Assembly (NCBI GenBank): GCA_951406725.2
Contig: OX597825.1
Coordinates: 65,844,001-65,908,000, forward strand
DNA: 64,000 nucleotides
Source: Octopus vulgaris
Lineage: Eukaryota
Direction: 5' to 3'
Position numbers and translations under genes: made by a program. Of the stretch, positions 13,543-27,755 are shown piece by piece. Under the pieces are notes generated by a model. That model saw nothing but the letters and a program-made list of their open reading frames with translations. It was not told the origin of the DNA and made no database searches. Each line of letters begins with the position of its first letter. Position 1 is the stretch's first letter.

Positions 13543-13941
13543 CATACATATTTATATATATATATATATGTATATATAAATACATGTGCTTGTATACGCG
13601 CGCGCGTGTACTGTCCTACACATAGCAATGCACTGAGTTGTGTGTCTTCACTAGATGCACTGTTATGCCATCGAAAAGCTACACGAATTGAAGCATAAGA
13701 TCATAGCATGCTACGCACACGTATTAATGCGTATATAGACAGCATATTGTAACAAAACAATGGTAGTCAAAAGCACATAACTGCTTCAAATTACACACCT
13801 AAGCACGCTCACACACACACACATACACACATCTATATGAGTGTACATGCCTCGGCAATGCTGTCTAGCTCTTATGCTCATAATCATAATCATATATTTT
13901 ATGTACTTATCCACTTGCATGCATGTATGCGTATACATATA

Positions 13942-14406
13942 TATTTCTTTACTACCCACAAGGGGCTAAACGTAGAGGGGACAAACAAAGATAGACAAAG
14001 GGATTAAGTCGATTATATCGACCTCAGTACGCAACTGGTACTTTATCCCGAAAGGGATGAAAGGCAAAGTCGACCTCGGCGGAATTTGAACTCAGAACGT
14101 AACGACAGACGAAATACCTATTTCTTTAATACCCACAAGGGGCTAAACATAGAGGAGACAAACATGGGCAGACATAGGTATTAAGTCGATTATATCGACC
14201 CCAGTGCTTAACTGGTACTTAATTCATCGACCCCGAAAGGATGAAAGGCAAAGTCGACCTCGGCGGAATTTGAACTCACAACGTAACGGCAGCCGAAATA
14301 CCGCTAAGCATTTCGCCCGACGTGCTAACGATTCTGCTAGCTCGCCGCCTTCGAAATACCGCTAAGCGTTTCGCCCGGCGCGCTAACGTTTCTGCCAGCT
14401 CGCCGC
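13942..14406 (-). mobile_element. SINE family 2 with duplicated head and body
   Basis: Reverse complement of family 2, with two heads at about 14290-14406. Confidence 0.8.
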
Positions 14407-14432
14407 GTATACATATATATTTATGTACATGT

Positions 14433-14612
14433 GTGCGCGGTGTGTGTGCGCGCGGCGTGTGTGCGCGCGGCGTGTGTGCGCGCGGCGTTTGTGCGCGGCG
14501 TGTGTGCGCGCGGCGTGTGTGCGCGCGGCGTGTGTGCGCGCGGCGTGTGTGCGCGCGGCGTGTGTGCTCGCGGCGTGTGTGCACGCGGCGTGTGTGCACG
14601 CGGCGTGTGTGT
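14433..14612. repeat. 15-bp CpG-rich minisatellite (gcgcgcggcgtgtgt)n, about 11-12 units
   Basis: Direct reading of the tandem units. Confidence 0.9.
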
Positions 14613-14952
14613 GCATGTGCTTATGAGAGGGTGGGTGGGAGTACGTGTCCGTGCGTGCGTGCGTACGTGTGTATTCGGCATGTTCCCTTTGGAATTCATT
14701 CTCGTTGAGCAAACAAAACTCAGTGATATAATTGGTTCCTTTCTCACAATCATATTATTTTGTTGTAGAAAATTGAATAAGAATTTGACAATCGTGATTT
14801 TTTTTTTTTTTTTTGGTGCAGCAATCATGATGGTTTTTGGAAATCAACTTCTTTTCAAATTTCAGTGCATCAACAATATTTATATACCTTAGTATTTCAG
14901 GTTTTTATATATTAGCGCTTTAATTTAGTGTACATGTAAATTAATTATTTTT

Positions 14953-15222
14953 AAACAATTGCAGCGTGGAAGGTGTTTATAAGCCATTTAAGAAACACAC
15001 AAAACCGTTAAATTCACTTCAACACTTAAATTTAATTTGTCAAAATATTTTCGTGGCTTTGAGACCGTGACCTGTTCACTGACAAAATTCCGTGCTGCAC
15101 AGGTCGCGTTCTCAAAGCGACGAAAATATTTTGACAAATTAAATTTAAATATTGAAGTGAATCTAACGGTTTTTGTGTGTTTCTTAAATGGCTTATAAAC
15201 ACCTTCCACGCTGCAATTGTTT
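14953..15222. mobile_element. Fold-back element D (about 123 bp arms) carrying a variant hammerhead
   Basis: Arms 14953-15075 / 15098-15222 are near-perfect reverse complements. Confidence 0.8.
15036..15086 (-). ncRNA. Hammerhead-like motif with G3-C8 core variant
   Basis: tttgtca-GTGAACA-g-gtcac..gccac-GAAA-atat-TT-tgacaaa. Stem I is 7 bp. The opposite arm keeps a perfect stem II (gtcgc/gcgac). Confidence 0.6.
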
Positions 15223-15299
15223 GCGTTCCATCACACGAGCTCAGATCAGGTCACTTGCTATGCAAGTACATCTCCGTAATTATTTTTAAGGTTAATATT

Positions 15300-16260
15300 A
15301 ATTGTCACTTTTAGTCCTACCCAATGAAGTTGTTAATAAGATCTTTCAAAAATCTGTTAGCATCAGCAGGTTTGGTTAATCCATCATCTCGATAATTGCC
15401 GAGAAAAGACGACTTATATTTATAAACCTACAAGAATGCTTAACTCCGTGTAATCTCATAACCCCATACTCACATCAAAACTAGTTTCCAGCTTTTTTTA
15501 TCCAGATAATCTAAGGTTTTCCTTTGGGGATTAGTTAGCTCTTGATCAATTTTATCTATGTCATAAAATTTTAGTGTAACCTCGGAACTTATTGCAGAGA
15601 GAAGTTGTCGTAGATAAGTAGAAGTAAACAATTTCAATTTGCGTTAATTTAGACTTACTTATATATTTAATGTTCATGAACCAGTTGATGACAGCGCTAT
15701 TATTAATCCACTGTTGGGTTATTGAAAAAGTTTAATGAAAGATTAATCTCCCTAATCATTCTTTTCGTGAATATTTTTAATTCAATCCTGGTTGTGTTGA
15801 AGTGTTTAAATCTAAGGTTGATGTTAAAAATCTTCCTCGTGAACCAAACTCTAGTATAAGATTTTCTTTAATGTTGGCATTCGATCTTATTATCTAATCC
15901 TATTTCCTTCTATATATTTAGCTTCTGAATTAATGTGAATACATACTTAAGAGGATGTCTTTTATAATTCTTTTGAGACATTATCATCAAGAACTAAACT
16001 GTATTGAATAGGGTCTATTTCATGTAAAATATTAATTTTGTCAGAAAATATGAAAGAATTAGTTCAGTTAGTTCAGCTTTTAATATTCTTTTAATAAGAT
16101 CTTAATAAGTTATAGGAGATATTAGTGCACTTATAAAATTATATGTTGGTAATTAGTTCTTATAAATCTGACAGCAAATCTTTCTGCAGCTAAGTTTAAA
16201 AGATAGAGGGTTTTATCTGAAAATGTTTTCTTTCTGGTGGAGGTAAGGGGCTGATGGGAA
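15300..16260 (-). pseudogene. Decayed Penelope-like reverse transcriptase
   Basis: Minus-strand remnants FIFSDK, QQWINNSAVINWF, SFDVSMG..TELSILVGL and GNYRDDGL (15377-15400), colinear with PLE RT motifs. Confidence 0.75.
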
Positions 16261-16607
16261 CGATGACACCACCCTCATGCCCTACATATAATGGTTTCCT
16301 TTCCTTTCTTTTTACTTTTTCCAGGGAATTAGATTCAATATTTGGTGCTAAAATTCCTGCTACAACGCATTGAATTTTGGTCGTTTGAAAAAGTGGTTAT
16401 ACTAGTGAGATCGGTGGAGCAGGCAACGCTTGTATAACGGGCACGTATTTGTGTGTGTATATGCATTTTTATATACATAGGTATATATACATATAATTAT
16501 ACACGCATACACATACACATATACGTTAATTTATATACATAAATATATATATATATATATATATAACTATATATTTATATATATATTCATATAAACATAC
16601 GTATATA

Positions 16608-16645
<38 letters not shown>

Positions 16646-17246
16646 CATATATATATACATATACACGCACAAACATACACACTCACACACACATATACAC
16701 ACACACGCGTACACATGTGTATTACTATGTATATAATGTGCTCTGTTTGTGTGTGTGAATGTGTGCGTGTGAATTCACGCGGATTTAGGACTGTGCAGGC
16801 ATTTCAATTATGATTTCTAAACTGTTACTAAAATCAAAGAAACTACATTTTCCTTCCTGTTTCCTTCCTTCATCACTCCGTCTCTCTGTTTCCCAGAGTT
16901 AGGTACATATACATGGCACATACACACACACACGCATACACATACACACACACATACACACACACACACATACACATATATATACACACACACATATATG
17001 TATGCATGTATGTAAATATATGTATGCTTGTATACATACTGGCACACAAAATGATTTCTGTACGTGTATTTTTGTTGCATATATACATATATATATATAT
17101 ATATACCCCCATGCACACACACATCCACACACTCACACGCACACATACACATACTAACACGCACAGATCAAGAGCATAGTGGCGTGAAAATCGAGTCACG
17201 AGACAAATTCTGAGCTTCGGTTTTATTTTTTCATACAAACTATATA

Positions 17247-17447
17247 TACAAGTGCTGAAAAGTTCCAAGCTTTAAGGGTGTCGCGAATGGCCCGGTTGGC
17301 GGCCCAACCTTCTGAGTTCTTTCACAGGGCTTAGAGAAACTAATGGACCACTGAAATAGGTGTGTTAATCTGAGAGGGGAATATGGTGAATGAAATAATA
17401 ATTACCGATCTTTTAACCGCAGCCAGGAACCTTTGAGTAACCCCTCG
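17247..17447 (+). mobile_element. mariner-derived MITE/remnant
   Basis: Imperfect TIRs (gctgaaaagttcc / ggaacctttgagtaacccctcg). Internal GLEKLMDH*NRCVNLRGEY resembles the mariner transposase C-terminus. Confidence 0.65.
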
Positions 17448-17500
17448 TGTGTGTATATATACAACCATCAGTGGATGCATATAAACACTACCGTAAATCT

Positions 17501-17568
<68 letters not shown>

Positions 17569-17731
17569 CATACATACATACATACATACATACATACATA
17601 GACAGACAGACACATAGTTAGATAAATAGATATCCATACATACGTAGAAAGATGTTTTCTTGTGTTTCTGGGTGTTTTATGTATTCACATAATCATGTTT
17701 CATATGTACTTACATAGACATACATGCGTGT

Positions 17732-17773
<42 letters not shown>

Positions 17774-17965
17774 TATAGATATATATATATACACAAGAAG
17801 GGTAGTAATATTATTTACAAACATATTCTGTGTTTTGCTAGAAAGAAGCAGAAACCGCGGTACGAGTTGTTAAAGTTATCGGTAAACGTTTTTGATTTTC
17901 ACTCTCGATAAATTCATCCCCTTTTTGTGTTCCCAGCACTCGGCATCTTTATTTAGGAGCCCTTA

Positions 17966-18020
<55 letters not shown>

Positions 18021-18099
18021 ATGTATTTGTGTGAATATGCGTGTGTATGTGTGTGTGTGTGTGTGTATGCATATATGCATAGATGAACATAAGGCTTTA

Positions 18100-18324
18100 C
18101 AGTAATCCCTCGGCTATCGCAGGTGTTACATTCCAAAACACCCCGCTATAGGTGAAGATCCGCAAAGTAGAAACAGTTCTGTACTGTACGTATATATATT
18201 TTTCATTATTCTTATAGTTTGTATATATTTTATTATAAATGCAAAACAACACCCACGGAGGAATCGACGTAAACTTAAATAATAAATCGCGATAGGTGAA
18301 CCGCGATATAGCGAGGGATTACTG
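18100..18324. mobile_element. pogo/Tigger-type MITE
   Basis: TIRs cagtaatccctcg..tatcgc / gcgatatagcgagggattactg flanked by a TA target duplication. Confidence 0.85.
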
Positions 18325-18367
18325 TACATATATATATACATATATTTATATTCATATATATATATAC

Positions 18368-18723
<356 letters not shown>

Positions 18724-19279
18724 AAATTGTGTATTCCTATATTTTTCAAATTTTAACTTTTTATTATAATAATAAGAAATATACTATACTAGCCTTCAAT
18801 TTAACTTTAATAGATGACTAGAAAAACTTCACTGTAAACTTGAAATTGGAATTTTTTCTAAATCTAATCTAGTTTTAAAATTAATAAAGCTGTCCCCCAG
18901 TTATAAAATACTATGCCTACTCATAATAATAAGTGATAGTTTTTTCCCTACTCTCTGTAAAGGGGATTAATGACCATTTGACATTAACCTAGTTTCTTCT
19001 CACCAAATAGCAGTAATTGGCATTTTGTTAGTGGCAACTTGAATTCCTTTTATGGTATTCTGAAACCTCCCTTAACCCATTCCTACAACTAAAAAAATTC
19101 TTTATTACTTCTAATCTTATAGCAGTTAGATACAACCATAGCTTGGTTAGTTAGTGGCTGGACTTCACAACCTCATATGTTCTTAAAATTTAAATCTACA
19201 TCTTTATCTGTATATCTACCTTCTCTATAATGTCACTACTTGATTTGAAAGCTTTTGTATTATTGGAAAACCTATATAA

Positions 19280-19365
19280 TTGGCTGATGAGCACTCAGCA
19301 TCTTAAATCTGCTGTAATACTTACAACTTTTAATAAAATGTTGTAGTGCGAAACAATTGTACCAA
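19280..19365 (+). ncRNA. Minimal type-I hammerhead in the 3' pLTR of the PLE at 18472-19397
   Basis: ttgg-CTGATGA-gcact...agtgc-GAAA-caattg-TA-ccaa. Followed by ttcttgttgcttatttt, as in family A. Confidence 0.85.
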
Positions 19366-19395
19366 ATTACCGGAGTCATTCTTGTTGCTTATTTT

Positions 19396-19507
<112 letters not shown>

Positions 19508-20923
19508 TTTATATATGTAAGCAAATAGATATTTAGGTGTATGTATATATATATATATTTGCGCGTGAGTGTGCGCATTTCCGTTCCATCCCTTACAGCA
19601 CTGAACTGACAGGGTAAATTTAAAAACGCAAATTAGTTAATTAATTGTCAAATGTCAGAATTCCCTCCCCTTCCGTTGGCAGTATTCCCTGAGCAGTGTG
19701 GCTAATATAAATGTGCATTATTCAAAGATGAATCTTCAGTTTCTTGCAGATGTCAGGTCGGTTAGCAGACATCTAGCGTTATCACTCTTGTCTGGCGACT
19801 TTTCCACTCTAGCTCTGTCAATTTATCCTAATAATTAAAATCTATTTTATCCCTGCGTTTTTTTGACCTTGTAGTTTATCATTTCGTCTTTCACTCTGTC
19901 TCCCTATTTGTTTCTCTCTCTCTCTCTCTCATTCTATATCTCTCTTTATAATACACTGTTTTTCTACTAAACATTTTTCTCTCACTCTATTTCGTTCACT
20001 ATATTTTATATTTGCACTTTCCTATCCTTCCGTTTCTTTTCTTCTCTGTCTTCCATGTAGAGAGAACCAACTTTAATACAAAACTAGATAGGCGAGGTTT
20101 GTAAAGATGCAATATAAAGCTTATATACTCTTTTAAACGAACATGGATTCAAACGCAATAATATCAAAATTTGTATTTGGAGGAGTTGTTAGAGCGTGTA
20201 ACAGAATGCTTCGCGGTATTATGTTCAACACTGCGTTTCGAGTTCAAATCCCATTATAATCAACATTGCTTTTCATATTTTCGAAGGCAGCAAAAATATT
20301 ACCAACCCAAAGCTGCGTTTTCGGGAGAATGTAAGAACGTCGGATCGGATCAGATGCCTTGAGTTATTTGTTCCGTTATAGTTCGATAATTGCTGGTATT
20401 AAGCCATTGTTCTCTGTAACACCACGACCTGACACCTTCTGTACCCTCAATAGAAACCACTCTATAGGGATACACTTCTCTCTTGTATCAGCCTCAGTCG
20501 AACTTGTAATGCATCATAGACACTTCCTTCTTCCCCGATGAAGAATTTATATAAGCATATAATACCTAGATATAATAACAGTTTATATAAATGTTGGTTG
20601 ATTGGTTGATTGATTTGTCGTGTCATGATTTACATCGCGTAGAGACAGAGAGATGAGAGACAGTATAAGAGAAATACTAGAGAAGTGCTAGACGAGTATA
20701 GAGTGGAATAAAAAGAGAGAGACGAAACTGGAAAAGCGATGGCTGTTATTAACTTCATTGGCTTGCCGCTGTTTCTGCTTTAAGATGCAGTGGACACACA
20801 GCTCAGTGCTGGCCGCTTAATCTTGTCCATATATGTATGTCTATGTATAAATATAAACCCTATATATTTATATCAATACATACATATACGTGTATATATG
20901 TATGATACACATACACACACACC

Positions 20924-20956
<33 letters not shown>

Positions 20957-21097
20957 GGATTAGGTTTATATATGTGTGTGTGTATATATACATCAATTGC
21001 ATATGCATATACAGGCATATATACGCACGTACGTACACATAGAAAGAGTCAACTGTACAGATTCTGCAAACATATATATACGTGCGTATACAAACAC

Positions 21098-21128
<31 letters not shown>

Positions 21129-21445
21129 CGCGTGTGTGTATGTAGGTGGAGTGTACATATTGATACAAATGTATACAGACTCAAATTATTAAAACTTTCC
21201 CATCGTATGCAGGCACATAAATATTCTGAAATCAAATCTACACGAACACACATATATACACACACCACCACCACACAAACGTGCAGACACACATGCTCAC
21301 ATGTGTGCTATATAATGAAAACATTCACACAATATATTCGTTTCCTCTGGAGGTTTTGATTTCGTCTTTTAACAAATTGTTGCAATATGGTTTTTTGTGT
21401 CTACTTGTGTGTGCCTGTGAGCCTGTGAGCCTGTACGATTCTGCG

Positions 21446-21477
<32 letters not shown>

Positions 21478-21828
21478 TGTGTGAACAAGTGCCTTTACCG
21501 AATGTGTTTCTGTAAGTTTTAAGTCGTGAGTACAAAAGAAGCGTCGAAGAATGAAAAAGAATATCTCTGTGACGTGTTTGTTTTTTTAAGCATTAATTAT
21601 AGTGTCCAACTGTTAGGACAACTATATTTACAACGAGGCTATATATTTATTTCTCTTTTTCATGTTCGCATCTATTCTTTTGTCAATGGAGACAGCATTA
21701 ATACGTGTATACGGTATTTTTCTTCATGTTTTACGCATGTAACACCAATATATCAAGTATATTATATACATATATATATATCTATGTGTGTGTGTTTGCT
21801 TGTCTGTGCATACATATATAATATGTAC

Positions 21829-21945
<117 letters not shown>

Positions 21946-22319
21946 TATATATATAAATTTATACATGCGTATATACAAATATATACATACATACGTATGT
22001 ATGTATAAGTTTGTCGATATTTATGCTTGTGTGTGTAAGCAAAGTTTTTCTACCTGTCTACGTATGTGGATATTTTCAAATGTATAAATACGCATGTATA
22101 TGTTTATGCATGATGTAAACACACAGGCAAAAACCCACGTACGCACCCATACATATATGCATGTATATATGTTTAATATATATACACACATACACATACA
22201 CACACAAACACACACACACACTCACACACAAACATATAGTAGTGGATCTTTGAATTTACGTATATGTAACATTACTCTTTTTATATTGATTATGCATAAA
22301 TTTACATGTTTGTCATGTA

Positions 22320-22354
<35 letters not shown>

Positions 22355-23399
22355 GACTGTATATATGAATGCATGTATATACGCATATATACATAATTAT
22401 TATATATATATGTGTGCATGAATACATGTGTATATATACATATACATACTTGGTCACTCATACTCACACAACGCAAACACGCGCCCAAGCACATACAAGT
22501 ACACATGCACAATCACACATACGCAATCACACACAAACATACATACATTAGCTAGACACACTGACCCACGCATACACACCCATGCATACAAAATCACACA
22601 AACCTACAGATTGTTTTATATTCTCGTACATGGAACTATCGTGTAGGAAGTCAGCAATGACTTCAAACTTGATCTATCAATGACTAAATAATACATTACA
22701 GAGAAATATAGAAGAGATCTGCCCATAAATCATTATTTCTTACGTGAAGACATTAAATATAGATCGAAAGGACTTTTTTCATATAGCATTGCTGACGAAT
22801 TTTCACATGCATATTTGATGCAAAATTGACACTTGCTTTAATGTCAATATAGTTTGCTTACGCAAGCTAAAAGACCACAGGCTTACAGCAAAGGAAGAAA
22901 GGAATACCGTGAAAGCTATTCCGTCCGTTTTTCTAGTGCTCTTTAAATGGTTTCGTTCATTATAGACTTCGGTCGTGCTGGGGCGCATCGTTGAAGGATT
23001 TAGAAAATCTTATTGAATGAAGTATTGTTTCTGAAAGTCTCGTAATTCCCTTATTGGTGTCCCTTTTTGAGAAACTTCTAATAATGGGAAAATGGTTTGT
23101 GCAGTGATGTCATATGATGTATGAACACAAAGTAAAAAACATATATGTGTATACATGTATATGAATATGAGTATGTGTGTGTGTTTAGGAACGTATGTAT
23201 GTCATTATTCAGTTCTATTTCAAGATTTCTTGCCAATTTAGAAAGAGCGCGTTTCTAACATAGATCAAAGGCTCCTTCACTGGAATTTCAGCACCAGGAA
23301 CAGGGTATTTTTGCATGTATGTGTGTATATATACGTGTAGACATATATGTTTTGTTTATGTTTGTCTTCTCATGCATGTACTTGCATATCTATACATAT

Positions 23400-23985
23400 A
23401 TATGAGAGAGTGAGACCACTATGTGGTCTACTCTAGTGCTAAAAATAGATCCACTATGGTATAGCCACTACAAAATTGTTTCCAAGGAGAAATGACACAC
23501 CATTTAACGTGGGGCAAGTGAAAAATAACGAAAAAATAGATTAACCCTGAACAATTGTTTCATTATTAATGTAAATGCAATTTTACTAAGACAACATCTA
23601 TAAATCATCAGCAGCAGTTTGTCTTAAATACAATTTAATAAATTGTATTTAAGACAAACTCCTGCTGATGATTTATAGATGTTGTGTAAGTAAAATTGCA
23701 TTTACTTTAATAATGAAACAATTGTTCAGGGTTAATCTATTTTTTCGTTATTTTTCACTTGCCCTACATTAAATGTTGTGTTATTTCTCCTTGGAAACAA
23801 TTTTTTAGTGGCTATACCATAGTGGATCTATTTTTAGCACTAGAGTAGACCACATAGTGGTCTCACTCTCTCATATTTATGTTTAAATTTGTATTGTATC
23901 CCTGGTTTTTATGTGCTAAGCCACTTGGTGTTAAATTGATGGTATTATTAAATTAATAGCAAATTTTTCACCCTCATTTATAAAT
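23400..23985 (+). mobile_element. Fold-back element F with about 236 bp palindromic arms
   Basis: 23400-23635 / 23641-23876 are inverted with a 5-nt spacer, followed by a unique 3' tail into (TA)n. Confidence 0.85.
23661..23730 (+). ncRNA. Minimal type-I hammerhead (mirror copy on minus strand at 23546-23615)
   Basis: cctg-CTGATGA-tttat...ataat-GAAA-caattg-TT-cagg. The first stem-II pair is a mismatch. Confidence 0.7.
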
Positions 23986-24123
23986 ATATATATATATATA
24001 TGTTGGCCTGCTCGCTTAGCCAGTGGGGTGGCGTCATTTGAAGGCTAAAACAATGCGAAGCGCATTGTGACCAGCGATGTGTAGCAACATCTGATAGCCT
24101 GGTCGGTCGCGGTGATCACGGTG

Positions 24124-24154
<31 letters not shown>

Positions 24155-24164
24155 TGTATGTGTC

Positions 24165-24482
24165 TCTTTTATTTTTTATTATAAATTTTCCACTGATACA
24201 AGGCTGATGCAAGGCTCCATCTTTGGAACGTAGTTGACACAGAAAACTTCACATTTGGAACTTGAGAAAAGTCTTGCATATTTTTACTGTTCCACTCCCA
24301 GATTGCACTTGTAATGTACGAATTAGCCGGTCGATTTCTCTTTCAGAAAATCCCAGTTTATCCAGATTCTCCTTTAAGTATTTACTAACATAACCTAGTG
24401 CCCCAATTTTTATTGGCATGAATATGAATTCATAATCTGGATACAGAAGCTGGAGGTTTCCAAGTAGTTGTCCATAGATATT
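24165..24482 (-). mobile_element. 3' end of an RLE-type (R4/Dong/NeSL-like) non-LTR retrotransposon
   Basis: [47 protein letters not shown], a typical RLE C-terminus. Confidence 0.75.
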
Positions 24483-24498
24483 TATACACATATACACA

Positions 24499-24589
<91 letters not shown>

Positions 24590-24882
24590 AAGACGGAAGA
24601 TGGAATATACGAGAATTTATTATTAATCACGGCACATCTAGCATGGATCCCTCATGTGTGGGACGCTCAACAACTAGTTCAGGAGCATCCGGTGGTGCAG
24701 ATGTATGTCGTCCGGTGATAAATAGATACAACTCTTTAAAATAACAGTTCTGCAATGTAACTTTTCGTTTCGTAGAAAGAAAAAAATAGCCAGACGGAGG
24801 AAATATCTTCATATATAGAAGAACAAAAATAAAATCACAGACGAGGAAAAAAGAGAAACGAACACGCAATACAGCGAGAAAA

Positions 24883-25033
<151 letters not shown>

Positions 25034-25057
25034 TACAAATACACACACACACACACT

Positions 25058-25103
<46 letters not shown>

Positions 25104-25890
25104 TTGACTCACAAGCAATTGGTCGCCAGGGTCCAAAAGAGGATGCATTTACCCAAGGTGCCGCACAATAGGACTGAACCCGGAACCAAACTTCTTTTCA
25201 CACAGCCCAGCCTGGAGTAATATTAGTTCTCCTGCGCTTTTTATCTATTTATCCAGTCACGTAAACACAATGTACTTGAGTGATATCCTCTAAAATATTA
25301 ATAATATTAATAATATCCTGAACGTAGTTTGTATACAACAAGAAAATGCATTATACGCATGACATTTTTAGATTTATGCTACGTTTTAGTCAGAAAGCTG
25401 CACCAGTCTGCAATTACTGCTGCCTACCAATCATAATTCTGGCTAGTATTGATATCGATTCCAGTGTTGAGTTTATTCATTTTAGCAACACATGTCTTAC
25501 ATTAAACCTCATTACAAATAGTAAGTTGTAATAAAACTATTGTGATCACATTTTGGTTTTAATACTTTAGGTTCCTTGTATATGGAAAAAAGATGAAATA
25601 AATCATAAATTTTTGCAGGATATAAATAATAGTTCGATAGGATAGTAGTTTAATCTATTGTAGAATAGATATATATATATAAAGGATATATAAAACATTA
25701 TTTGCAATCTGAATCAAAGTATTAGTGTTTAAGTGAGTTCATTATAAGCCTGGAAGCAGAAGAGACAGAGAAAGGGAAAGAGAGAGAGAGAGGGGCAAAA
25801 AAAAGAGAGAAAAAAAGAAAATAGACAACTTTATTGATCGAATATAAAATCTTCTTTACTGATATGACACTGGATGGAAATAAGTTATCA

Positions 25891-25961
<71 letters not shown>

Positions 25962-26105
25962 CAACAACAACAACAATAATCTTAATAATAATGTGTGTAT
26001 ATGAAACCAATAACGATGATGATGATGATGATGATAACAATAATAATGATAATAAAAGTAACTGATAGCAATAATGATAATGATAACAGTAATGATAATA
26101 ACAGC

Positions 26106-26152
<47 letters not shown>

Positions 26153-26198
26153 TGATTATGATGATAATGATGATAATAATAACAACAACAACAACAAC

Positions 26199-26230
<32 letters not shown>

Positions 26231-26250
26231 CAACAACAATAATAATAATG

Positions 26251-26302
<52 letters not shown>

Positions 26303-26325
26303 CAACAACAACAACAACAACAACA
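25891..26325. repeat. Compound (AAT)n/(AAC)n/(GAT)n microsatellite
   Basis: Direct reading. Confidence 0.95.
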
Positions 26326-27170
26326 TTATCTTGTGTTTTCCAAACTTCATCTAATTTCTTTTCAAACTATTCTTTTTTTACAAACATATATTTCCAACTT
26401 ATTTCCCAATCTTCTCATTTGTTCTTGCTTACCTTCTTTTGTTTAGCTTTTTTCCTTTCTTTCTTCCTTTTGCATTCTCCTTTTATTATCCTAAAGAATA
26501 TTTTTATATTATTCTTCTTTTGAAATCGCTTTCTTCTTCGTTTCTTAATTTCAATATACTTTTAGCTGAATGTGTTTATTGATTTATATGCTTATTATTA
26601 CTTTTGTTTTTATATATATATATATAATTTTTTATTTTGTAAAGTACATCACAAGAACCCAAGATCTACAGCTGTGTTATTTTTTCAACAATGCTTTATT
26701 TCTGTGAAGTTGCCCCTCTTTTTTTTTCTACTACAATATGGTAGTATCGTTATTTCCTGGTCGATAATCGTTCACTTTTTTTTTTCTTTTTTTTTTGATA
26801 GTCAGCAATGCTTGGATAATAGCGTTTCTTGCCGTAATATGAAAGTTCGAAGCAAAATGTCAAATAAACGACACATATAGCACAACAGAGAAATAGCAAA
26901 ACTTAAGTTTCGATATAGGAATAACTTATCCCTCCAAGGTAACTTATATCTATTTTCTCTATGTTTACCCAACCCACTTCTGTAGAAATATTTCTGTGGA
27001 AATACTTCTGTAGAAATACTTCTGTAGAAATGCACTGACTTTGAATTAATTTTGAAAATGAAGAGTTTACTAAGGTATCTTTGCCATTATTAAGCTATTT
27101 GGAACATAAATTAACGCTACTGTTTTATGTCAATATATCCATAAAAATACGCTGCCATTGTTTCAATAAA

Positions 27171-27560
27171 TCTCTATATAAAGCTGAAGTTGTCTGTGTA
27201 TTGCAGGTTCGGTAACCTTCAACTAACACTATCTCCTCCGAGACCCTGCGGCACAAGTTGACCAAAATTGAGAGTATGATAGAAGAAGGCTTGCTGTTCA
27301 TTCCTTAGAAGATAAAATTCAAATCGGACCATGTTAAAACCAAAAATTATTTACATCAAAAAGGTGCTTTTTTTCTATGAAAATCCCTATTGTTTTTACG
27401 ATTTTTTTACTGCTGTGTCGCCATTTTTCGGTGAATTTCAACCAGAAGATGTTCACTTAAAGAGAATAAAAAGCTACATGAATGCAAAATTTTTACTTTT
27501 CAAAAATTTCAATTCTAAAGGGTCGAAACAAACCCGAGCAACGCCGGGCGATACTGCTAG
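27171..27560 (+). mobile_element. Non-autonomous Helitron
   Basis: A|TC 5' end, subterminal hairpin cccg-agcaacgc-cggg, CTAG|T 3' end, no TSD. Confidence 0.85.
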
Positions 27561-27755
27561 TTTTTAAATAATGGAGAATTTAGTAAAATGACGTCGCCAT
27601 TGTTAAACTTATATTTGGTATATAAATTAACATAAAATTTTGAAAAGTTTTTATTTAGATCATTAACACTTTTACTAGCATATATCAGAACATATACACC
27701 GTCTTTGTTTCAATTAATATTGAATTAAGCTGTTTGGAATATAACGATAAGCATC

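Noticed and set aside
17791-17970. GAAA-ccgcgg-TA half hammerhead between TA tracts
   Set aside because: No CTGANGA upstream. It is probably a 5'-truncated element and is not called a ribozyme; only its palindrome is cited.
26976-27031. 4 x 14-bp repeat (acttctgtagaaat)
   Set aside because: A contiguous tandem with no spacers, so not CRISPR-like.
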